Assembly: GCA_950097015.1 (NCBI GenBank)
Contig: CATNEN010000025.1
Coordinates: forward strand, 8,246,001 to 8,310,000
From: Macrostomum hystrix
Lineage: Eukaryota; Animalia; Platyhelminthes
Length of the DNA: 64,000 bases
Direction: 5' to 3'
Positions 40,001 to 50,802 of this stretch are shown here, piece after piece (within the stretch, counting starts at the first letter, position 1; the number at the start of each line of letters is the position of its first letter). A model generated the notes under the pieces. It was not told the origin of the DNA. It saw only the letters and a list, made by a program, of their open reading frames with translations, and ran no database searches. The position numbers and the translations under genes were made by a program.

Positions 40001-43000
40001 GACACTTCATTATCTATATAGGTCTAAAACAAAAGTTTTCAAAGTTAGAACAGAACCATCCCTCCCCACCCTTACTCACATCATGTTGGCACCAATCTTT
40101 TAACTCTTATAATGAAATCAGTTTTGACACCTCTTTTTGACAATTTAGAGTGTGAAGTGTGTTCACACCTTTGCCCCACCACCCACCTTCACTTTATTGA
40201 TGACAAACTTGATTGCTTGTTATTAGGCCTAGTAGATGACAAACTGACCAAACATTAAAGCATGCCAATTGGCTGGATGACAAAGTGTCCTACCTTCCAA
40301 GTGGATGACAAAGTTGTAAGATGACAAAGTTGTAAGATGATGAAGTGTCTAGGATCTGATCCAGACTATATTGATTAGGCCCCACTAAACATAATTTTTC
40401 ACAGTTTTCTATAACAGTTACCTTCTTTTGTCAAAGGAGCTACTTGCTCATCCATGGATTGTAAGGCCTAACACCAAAATGTAAATAAAAAATTAATGGT
40501 GTAAAATGGACAGAAGAGTAGCTGGCCAAAATTAACACATTATGAACATTGTTATTTAAAGTCTTCTCCTAGTCCCAATAGATTGTTTCGTGCAGAAAGC
40601 TTTGAAATTAAGAACACGTTGATTTTAGGAATAAATAACCTAGCACTACAGAACAATAAGTATGTCTACATATATTTTGGCTGTACTTTTATCGATAGAT
40701 TTTAAAGGTCGTTTTCCCACATGACAACCATGCAGGAAGTCGTGCGGAAAACAATGCGGAAAAGATGGGGATAGCTAGGCCTATGCTAAATGCATTTTTT
40801 TAGTTTAGGAACAATGTAGCAATAGAGACATAAACGAAAATAGTAAATTTAGTATTTAAACTGACAAAAGAGTGGGCTGCTCGTATATTCTCTGTACATA
40901 TCCATTTCAAATTGAAAAAACAAAAAGCATATTTTATCCAATGGCAATAGTCAACGAAAATTTTGAGGTCAGTAAAATGACTCGCTAGGCACCCTTAACC
41001 ACCCCTCTCATTTTTACATCAGAGAAACACTTATAGTGTGCCTGGGCAAGAACTTTCTTATGATTATTGATTAAACAATAATTTACAAATATTTTCCTAT
41101 TTTTGCTTGACCTCGTATTTTTCTTTTTCGTTATACTTCTTATGCTCTATACAGAACAATCTAGATATCAAAACTTGGAATAGAGACGAGCGAAAACGAA
41201 AACCACGGGTATTTCTTACGCACGCTGGGCCTAGCCTTTTTGTTTGTCTACCCCCTTTCGTATGGCATAATTTATTTAGGCCCCACTACTTTTTGCTACA
41301 AGAAGTGGCACTTGCAGTGCTCTGACAATAGGCCTATGTATAGTTATGCAATCAAAAACCAATAAAAATATTGTACAACTTATGTATTCTCATTAAGTAA
41401 TCATAATGTATTAGGCATTAGGCCTATTGAACGTTTAACCAATTATCATTTAACGTTTTATTTAGGCCCTAGGCCTACTTGTATTTAAATTTATTATGTG
41501 CACTCTTATGTATTTTTGTGTTTTTTTAAAACTTTTTATAATCAATGTTTAATTGCAGACCTATTCGGAAGAATATTTACAATCAAGCTTATCCTTTGCC
41601 TTATCCACCACACTTGCCTGATCTAGGGTAATGTATCATCAACCAAACAAGAATGTGTATTTTTTTAACTTCAAACCTAAGCTACAGATTTTCTATTTAA
41701 GATATGATGATAAATCAAAAGCCAAGTTATAGAAAACAGTTAAATCTTTCTAAAAAGTATCTGCTTTTGCTATTTTGTCAAATAGAAAAAAGTTATTCCT
41801 GCTTTTTATCTAAAACCGAATAATGATTTTCATGTATCTTCAAACCAAACAGAGAATTTGATGTTTGGTTTTACAATTTGAGTGAGTGGTTTAAGTTTAA
41901 TCTTATTTTAATGAGTGAACTATCATGAATTATGTCATTTGAAAGCATTTTTCATGCTCTATAAATAACTACATTTATGGTCACTTAATTGGCAAGCAAC
42001 CATATACAATCTTCATCTAAAGTACATACAGAAAAAATGTTGTTAAAAAGTATGCTTTTGCAATAAAAATTTCTACTGAAACATCAATGTCTTTCTTTCC
42101 TCTTAATGCTTCATTGCACATCATGCCTTAGCTTGTATATAATTTATTCAACTTTCAAATTAGTTGTTCTGTGAAACACAATGAGCTTGTTTCTGTCTTG
42201 CACAAGACCAAGGAAAGAAGTCAAAATTATTGTTCGGTTTTGAAGATACACTGTTCAGTTGATGATACATTACCCTATCACTAGCAGATTTTGCCTTACT
42301 TTCCGTAATGAAGTTGCATCTATAGGCCCTAGGGTAAACTTCATTAGAACTGTGGCAAATCTAATCTAAATCTTTAATCTAATCTAATAATCTAATCTAA
42401 AGTTAAATCTTTCTCACTCTCTGAACACTCTGCTCAGGTATAGATTCTGAAGAACTAACTCTCAAAAACCTTTCCCCTTTTCTCAGATTTTAAGTGGTAT
42501 GTTTGTTCACCAAGTTTGTATAGAAAGTTGTCCTGAAAGCACAAGAAGATGACTTTTTTTCTAAAAATTCCTTGCTTATTTAATGTTTATAATTACTTTA
42601 GACAAAAAGTTATTCCTATAAATTTAACTTGTTATGCTCTAGGAAGAGAAAAATAATAAATTAATATTTTAGAGGCCTATTACAATTGTATGCATATATA
42701 TATATATATATATGCAAGCAAAGCAAGGAAATGCTACCTCTTTCTCTAGGTAGTCAAAACAGACTTAATGATAAAAAGTGATTCTTTCAAACATCAATTG
42801 ATAGGCTCAAAGTTCAAGAATAACATATCTGGGTGTAGAAAAAAACCCATTAGTAACAAATCTATCTTTTTCATTTTGTATAATTGGCATTTGGAATCTA
42901 TGGCATTGCAGCCACATCTAATTCTGTCTAGCACCTGCAGATAAGAGAAGGCTTAAGGGTTTTTTATTTCTTACTTTAAGCTACTTGTTAAATTTACTTT

Positions 43001-45476
43001 TGTAATAGGGCTTCTAACTCTACTTTTCTCTCTCTTGGTAGTGTATTCTTCTGGCCTCTTTTGCTCCTTATTTCTCCCTCTAACTCTTTGTATTCTCCCT
43101 TATACTTTATCTTGGTAACCCTGAAAAGGGTTGTTTAACTCCACAACTCTTATGTTGTGGGTTTCCCTTAAGATAGGGCTTTTGCACTGGCACGAGCAGG
43201 TTTATCCTTCTAAGGCACTGGTCTCTTATTCTCCAGTCTTTGCTGGGTGTTTCTCCAGGATTAGAGGGTCACAGCCTCAATCTGTCTTATTTCCACCCTG
43301 GACACTATCTCCTTAGTATATTAAATAACACAATAATTTCCTTTTCAAATATGTTACTCAGATATTGCCTTTTCATTGGCTCACTGGCAAGGTTTTTTTT
43401 TAACAGTAAAATTTTCTCCTTTATCTATTGTTCTTAAAATTTGTTATAATAAAGTATTTCCCTAAAATATATAAAATAATTTATAATATATGGCATATAG
43501 ATTTTCAGCATAGAAAAAAATATTTGAAACATACTGTATAGCGCACACATTTTGAACTATTACACTTTAGTTATAGATATACTCACTTAGACCAATTATA
43601 TCTTAAAAAATTGTAAAGTAGCTTGCCTTTTTGTTGTTGGTGCCATTGATCAGTCCAATACTTATTTTGATTCCAACTTGGCACAATAAAGCATTACAAT
43701 GTTTAAACTTTGAGGAACAGAAAAATTGAGTCCCTTGACCATTGCTAAGCTTCCATCATGGCTCCTTAACAGTTGCATACAACAGAAGCCTAAAATAAGA
43801 TAATATTATTTATTGCTATAATAATAAATATAATAACAAAAGTATAACAGCTGCTGCATCTGTTGCACTGTGGCAGTTTGTGGGCATTGGATATAGTTGG
43901 AGGCCTGAAGTTGCAATTTGTTTGACAGCTTTTATAACTAAAAAGCAATCATCTTGTCATGGAGTAGATAATTATATCCTTGGTATAGAACAAGTGCAAA
44001 CTATAGATCAGTTTCAAATGAAAACCTACTTCAAGGATACCCTGCAGTAACTATACACCATGCAAAAGAGAAAACACTATTTTCAAATCAATTAATCAAT
44101 GAATTAGAGAGATTGCTGGGTGACATGCGCTACAGACAGAAAGGGAAGAGAAGGAGAGAGAGAATATGATCATGCAAAACAGAAAGAAAGGGAGGGAGAT
44201 AGATAAAGAAACAGATAGGGGGAGCTAAACAGTAGGTGGAAGCAAAGAGGGAATGAATAGTGGTATTAAATATTTGTTTTAATAAATCATTAAGGTCTAA
44301 TGCAAAAAAATATAGTGTCTGATCATTGAGATAATACAGGTGTAGGTGAGGAGAAGCAGATGAGAATATTATAGAAGCAGACAATATCAGAGAATACACA
44401 CACACATATATATATAGATATAGATAAAGAAAGTGAGCCACTAGCAAAAGATCACTTCATATGCAGTTTTTACCGTATAAAATCTGTACTATGCCTATAT
44501 TCCAAATGCATTGTATTTTATTTCTAATATACTAAATTATGAAAATCTTGCTTGCTTCACTATCTATAGTTTAATTTTAGCTTCACAAAACATTGTCATT
44601 GCCATTAAGAGCTCTGATATACTTATGGCTTAAAACTTTTTTCAGTTTGGCATATGATTTTAACATAAATGACTCCTTGTTATTGACTATGGAAGCTAGT
44701 GAAACCTTTAGTGAAATATTGTCTTTTTGTTTGAATGAGCTCAGTTTTAAGGCACTAAAGCATATATCTAAAATAATATCCTATGAGCAATCCTTTTCTT
44801 GCTCTCCTATTCTCTATAATGCAAGAGTCATTCCTCACCTCAATCTTGGCCAATTATTATAGAAAGGAGATAATTTTGTGACTTCCTGTTATCTATGGAG
44901 CCAGTCAGAGTTGTGGCAGTTTCATTTGCTATGAATAAATTCTGCACATTTAATTAATTTAACTGATTAATTGTTTGTTAGTCATATTCCAATAAAATAT
45001 TTGCTTGCTTTTGAATTTTTGTAGTTTATGGTTGATTTCGTTCTACTTTATTTGTTCATATAACTTTTAGCTTTCATCTTTTAAACAGTCTAAATTTAAG
45101 ATTTTCTAGTAAAGCCTAGTATAAAGATAGTGTTAGTGACTAGAAGTCTATAATTGAATCAATTTTTGGACCACAAGAACAATATATAAAAACACTACTT
45201 TAAGGACTGCCCTAAGTAAAACTGTCCAATTTTGTTCTATTTTTTCATAGAATCCATATTTTAATCATTCCTGTAGTTAAAGAAAAAATAGGAAAACAGA
45301 GGCATAGTATTTAAAAAATGTATATTGTATACTCATAGGCTTACAAATAGTTATTAAAAAATTAATTTGAAATCAATTACTTTATTTATAGATCAGAGAT
45401 CAAGTAAAAATCTACAAAAGGATGACATTTTAGACCCACTGCAGGCAGAGTTCTATTGAGTTGATCAGTGGCAGAG
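37043..45476 (+). CDS. Candidate Ser/Thr kinase gene made of very small exons; partial, structure uncertain
   Basis: 24-nt exon 40437-40460 (TTTTGTCAAAG|...|GTAAGG) encodes ELLAHPWI, typical of kinase subdomain XI. Exon 37138-~37244 has a pyrimidine-rich acceptor, and its only open frame contains ILIC..RTIYMDFGL. Weaker candidates: 37043-37071, 41155-41208, 42487-42496, 43929-44046, 45392-45476. HRD and APE motifs were not located. Confidence 0.4.
38434..38790 (+). pseudogene. MULE (Mutator-like) transposase relic
   Basis: One frame reads PIDLQFELAVDHLPLDFLRSDI..HLLLYTTNQLELLAS*K*WFMDGTY..PFKQLYSVHCYIR..KQVPLAF. This matches the animal MULE core around the first catalytic D (WxMDGT), with two in-frame stops. 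Confidence 0.8.
39445..39614 (+). mobile_element. MULE-type terminus with subterminal GTTGAC(A/G)AAGTG repeats
   Basis: Several GTTGACAAAGTGAC motifs ending in GTTGACAAAATGACTAGGAATCC. A related motif cluster lies at 38250-38345, and the end resembles the MITE TIR at 39921. Confidence 0.55.
39676..39807. repeat. 65 bp direct tandem duplication
   Basis: TATTAATCAGATTGGCCTAGGC..CTCGAAATT at 39681 and 39746. Confidence 0.9.
39921..40356. mobile_element. MULE-type MITE, 436 bp, imperfect TIRs, 9 bp TSD
   Basis: Left end GGTACCTGGACACTTCGTCATC; reverse complement of right end GATCCTAGACACTTCATCATC. Flanks TGATCCAAA (39912-39920) and TGATCCAGA (40357-40365) match 8/9. Confidence 0.75.
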
Positions 45477-45499
45477 GCAAGTTAATGACTCTGTTTGTT

Positions 45500-45810
45500 G
45501 TCACAGATATAGTCATTGACGTAGGTGGTTTGGATGGCTAGGACGACAGGGTGGACAAGGGCAAGGGAAGTAGACTGAGGCAAAGTCTAGTGAAGATGAC
45601 AGATAAAGCCCGATGGCGGAGAGGCCAAGTTCAGTCCCGATGCAGTGGGGCGAAGGAGGTTCAGCTTGCAGCGCGAAGGGTGCTCAACGTCATGCAGCTG
45701 GATCCAGAACTGTGCAGACAGGAAGGTGAAGGTGAAGGTTGATTGGGAGGATCTGACATTCGGAGTGTAGATCTTGGACCGCAGGTGCAGTCCAGCTGGT
45801 GCAGCTGAGG
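45500..45810 (-). mobile_element. Non-LTR retrotransposon ORF2 fragment (I-group-like, post-RT region)
   Basis: Frame-broken peptide APAVQDLHSECQILPINLHL..LSAQFWIQLHDVEHPSR resembles the LHxExxxLP..HL.LLSAQF..HPS stretch of I-group LINEs. Confidence 0.55.
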
Positions 45811-47154
45811 TAATTGAGGGTTAGTGTGGCATCTCCCCAGTCTATGGACTGAACAGCATTACATAGCCTTCAGATGTTCTGTGCAATAGCTGCAGCTGTG
45901 TTGTTGGCTGCACATGGCCCAATTGGGATAGGTGTTATCAATTAGTATTATATTAATTATCTCTGTAAGTCACAGTGTTGCCAAAGGCTTGGCAAAGCCA
46001 TTCGAAGTTCTCTGACTATGTTGAGTTAACTGTCAATACTCATATTCAAGCTGTAGATGCTAATTTATGCAGTTTTTTATTTTTATGAGTTGTTTGTCTT
46101 TAGGTACATTTGGATTATGTAAATATAAATCTGCTTGCTTTACATTCGCAGTCATTGATAAATTTTTACCCAAAATAGCTTCTGTGTTACGTATGGCTTA
46201 CTTCTGAAGTCTAATGAACTGTTTCATATTCTATTGACTTCCAGTCTCTTATCTATTTCTCAATAAAAAGCTGCAGTCCAATGTCGTAACTGACTAAATG
46301 GTCCAACCCAAGTAGATGTTGCATATAGAAATATGAGCAACAGTGGTAAGTTACTTGATATACTGCTTCAAATAGAAACATGCGCATATATTTCACAAAA
46401 TGAGCACTCTGAAATACAAATCATTAACTGGGTTAAATTGGGAAACCATTTTTCAATCTGGCAAGTTTAAACGTTGCACTGATTTACAGACAGAATTGCA
46501 AATAATAATAGATGCGAGCATTGCATATTATAATAATGTCCAAAGTTATAGATAAATAAAACAGTATGTGTAGATGTTGTATAATGTAGGAGTGCATTGA
46601 TTTTGTCATTTCATTCAACACATTTCCCGATAGTTGTAATTAATAAATAGTTGTCTTTCGCTTGAAATTAAAAATATGTAAGGACATCAGCACAGGCTAT
46701 AAATGAGGAAGGTTTTGAATTAATTTCGGTGTAAAATAGGATATATTAGGATATATATTTACAAAGTCTATTCCTTTATTAACGCGATTCACATGTGGGA
46801 TAAGCAATAATGCTGTAAAGTAGCTAAACAGTAACTTTATGGTCTTTAAAATGAAAGCTTTAAATTCAAAGTGAAATAGAAGAATGTTAAATTGTCTCAA
46901 CCAGCAATCGAAGCGCAGGCAGTTGAATTTCTAAGGTTCGAATATAGGTACAGGATTTCTGTGTGTCTTCAGATTTTTTAACAGTCACCCTTTTTAATTT
47001 TTGTCTATAAAATGCATAAAATTTGCAAGGTAAGTCAGACAAGCATTACAAAGTCACAATGGGTTACGAAAAATTAAGCTCTTACAATAAATAGTTCAGA
47101 TTGAAGCATAGATTCTAGCTAGCTGTCTTTCAATAGAATTAAAATGTAGCATTC

Positions 47155-50100
47155 TCAGACTAACTGCGGAGAATAGCGTGAAAGCACAAAGACTGCTCCA
47201 ACAATATAGGGCAGAAAAGCATGCCAGATGGTCCGTGGCGCCAGTTTGAATTCGCACGGTACAGTAATGTTGCGCAGCGCTGGGCAGTACTTCTCCGCGC
47301 CGCCGTCTGAACTCTCGTGCGCGCAGGTTCCGTTAATGATTCGGTAGGCGCCCGATGCGACCAGTTTGCGCATCAGCTTGCAGTTAAAATCGAATGCGTT
47401 GAGCTTTCTCTCGCGCCAGTTTTCTATCACAAGTAGGAACAAATTTGTCTCCTTCAACGATGTTACATAATAGAAGCCCTGCATACATGGTCCGGACACG
47501 TTGCCTACTAGCATGCGGCTCTTGCCTAGCGCTGTCTCATTCACTTCAAATGAGATCACGTCCTGAATGCAGCCATACGAGTTAGAGAAGCCAGGTATCG
47601 GGCCGCGAGTCTTGTACAGGTCATCGCTCTCTTCCGGTGTCGTCGGTATGCCATTCATTGTCACCTTAGGCGCGCTGCCTGTAAAACTGCAGGTGCCCTG
47701 AAAGTCTACTGACTCATCTCGCTGGATTAAGTTCTGACGGAATACGAGGTTCATCATCACCTCTCCCTCCTTTTGGCCTAAAGTGACGCCTTTGTACTTT
47801 CCTTCGTCAAGATCAGTGGCAGAAATGAAGTCGGGTGCCATAATAACATTGACGCGATTATCGAATAAATAGCACAGCGTCTTGCATGCGTTCTTGGTGC
47901 CATCTGGACACGTGTACTTAGCGTTGCATGATTTAACACCGTCAGAGGCTTGCATTAAATTATAGACCTTGCGGTGAAAATTATTGTAATTTAAATCCAA
48001 GCTAGTTATGGCCTCAATGCGCTCGGTTGCGCACCGTTTGCCGTGCTCAATCTCTCTAGTTGGTCCTTGGGCTGCACTGATGTAACAGTAGCCGCTGATG
48101 CACTCGATGCCTTCCTCACAGGGACAGCCACCAGGCTTAGCCTTCGTTGTATTTGACGCTTCGCATTGAGTAAGATTTTTATTATCCATGCCTTCAAATA
48201 CTGCCTGTGAGATTGTAATAATTTTTCCACTGCCTGCAGAGTCGAAGTACGGCGTTGATATAGAAGTCTTTGTTGGCGAACTTTTTGTTCGACTGTACCA
48301 GGGCCTGGTTGTTGGATCGTACAACCTAACCGAGCGGTGTCCAGGATACGTTCTGAAAACACCACTTCGCATACCAACGTAGGTCCAGATCACTTCATCT
48401 ATCCAGCTGAACTGCCTGTCCCGCCATCTCTCTTCAATTGGTTGAGTTACTAAAACATAAGCCCGGACACCTTTTTCATATTTACTACCGTTTTCGCAGC
48501 TGTCGTCGCTTATGTTGCCGGTCATGTATTTGTGGGCTTCCAAAGTCTTTCCTGCAAGATCGTCGTCGAAAAAGTATTCTAGTGGCTCGCAGTAGCACTT
48601 TGGCGCTAAGGAATATGCTGGAGTGAAACTCTGTAACTCGCAGTTTCAAGTATTTCGACATGTTGTATTTCACGTTCAAATACTTGAAAACATCAGGATA
48701 CACACCGAGAACTTTGCTGCTGTTATATTCAATCAGAAGGTTAAAATAACTCGTATTTGCTGGTTTTAAGTGTGTAAAGTCGATCTTTGGTTCGATCAGC
48801 CTTCTGTAAACCTTGTCGGTCCTGGATAGTACGAATGCCACTGAATAGTCTGTGTCGTTAACTTTGCTGTAATAGTACTCTAATGGCATCGTTTCGTACT
48901 TGACTCCTGCCCTGTGATCACCTTTGGGAATGCCGCGCCTGCCGTTCTTTATTTCAACCATGCCTGTCTTTCCGCTTATCATGTTCCGATAAACCGTGTT
49001 GAAATCCTTCGGTACACCCTTTTTATTTTGTTCCATTCTTTGAATATGAATGAATATTGGGTCGTCCTTGAGCGTTGCGCTACCTTTTAGCAGTGGGTGG
49101 TAGATAGTTTGTCCTTCCTTGTCAATTAGAAAAGATGTCACTGAGCCCCATTGCTTTCTTGTTACATATGTTTCAATCTCCTCCTAGAGTGGCATCAACT
49201 CCCACTACGCCGATCGTTTTTTGCCTGTCTCCATCGATTCTGCTAATTACCGGCACAGCGTGAGTAACCATTGTTCCTAGTCCAAACGCGTCAATGTAGG
49301 GCGAAGTCCACAGGCCCTCTGTGTTAGGAGAAATTCGGGCTAGAAAGTCGAAATAATTGTCCATGCGAGAGATCAAATTCTCCCCATTCTCCAGTTTGCG
49401 TAGGCTACCACTGTGATTGCAAGCTAGCGCGCCCGGGAACATCTGGCCATCATCCTTTATTAGATAGCTGAATATCCTTGCCTGAGGTCTCGTATTAAGA
49501 TTTGTTGAGTTTACTATGGACCAGACTCTTGTCCAGTTGTACTTGCACACTGGACCAGGAACGTAGCCGGATCTTGTGTAATAACCGGGTCCGCAGCGAA
49601 CTGTTTCACCGTCAGTATCTTTTCCATCGGTAATGAATATTAAAATTGATAGACACCTAGTTCTCGTTGTTGAGTTTAGCAGATCAAATGCCATTTGAAA
49701 TCCGTGCTCCAGTTCACTTGTTCCACCCGGTATAAGTCCATCAATTTTCTCCATCAGATCTTTTCTAAATTCAATTGTCGCTGGGACCATTTTGTTTACT
49801 TGACAGCTAAGAACTTCAGACTTGAATGAATGCCATTTGCCGACTTCATCCCAGTGGCTTGCTCTGGCACAAACAACGTTCAAGTAGTCTTGCTTAGTTA
49901 GCGTTTTAATTACAGCTTTGGCAACTGACCTGGCGATACCAAACTTTTCTCCCGTCATGCTCGCGCTGCAATCGATTACTATGACAACATCCTTAGGACC
50001 ACTAGTGGCTGCAATGTACCACGGTCTTATTCGAGGATCATAGTCCGTATAGAAACCGACAAAGTTAGAGCTCCACTCTCTACCAGGAAATAATCGAGTT

Positions 50101-50802
50101 ACCCCAGTGCTTGATCCGAAATATTGCCATCGAATACTGGGATCTTTTTTATAATTTTCCATAAAAATCTTCTCCAGCTCATATGTCCATTCGACGGTAA
50201 ATATGGTCTCATTCAGATCTCGAGGTACATCGTCAGCAATTTTTATAGTAGAGATGTTGTATGTAATGTTCTGACGGAAAAATGCTTTCTGAGTCATACC
50301 GACATCCTTCAGTTTCTTGGGTATATCTGAGTCGCGATAGATGTCCGGATGCAGATCCTGCAAGTTTGGTGATATCTTTCTCGTTCCATTCCTTACCTCC
50401 TGATAATATCGTGCGTATACTTCAGCTGCCTCTTTGGCGATTCTTTTTGCATATTCTTTCTTCTTGCTGAAGTACTCGCCAAGCTCGCGATTTACTTCTT
50501 GTATTACCTTGCTGCCATCTTTATTCTCGAGCTCATACGTGGCTTGATCGAACAACATTTGAGTCTGGTCGCGCTGTATACCATCAGAGGCCACCTGCTG
50601 TATGTAGTTTTGAATCATATCGGCCCAGTTGTAGACGTCACCGTACATTGTGCCGTCTTCGTCTCTGCTGGTTGTGTCGTCTGAGCCTGCCATTGAGTAG
50701 GTGGCTGCCACTTTACTAATAGACTGGCAGCTGGCGTCTCGAATTATAGAATTGCTTAGATAGAGGCATAGGGAAAGCATAGAATAGCACTCCTTTCTTC
50801 AT
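47155..50802 (-). CDS. CACHD1: VWA and Cache domain protein (CACHD1/alpha2delta family), intronless, ~1214 aa, three apparent +1 insertions
   Basis: WQYFGSSTG..RLFPG, YDPRIRPWY, VWA MIDAS-like DCSASM, WTSPYIDAFGLG, second Cache YDPTTRPWY..PYFDSAGSG. Removing single bases at ~50781, ~49184 and ~48608 joins MKKGVLF-MLSLCLYL (signal peptide), DATLEEIETY and HSSIFLAPKCYCEP into one frame. Short hydrophobic C-terminus; AATAAA at 46780-46775. Confidence 0.85.
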
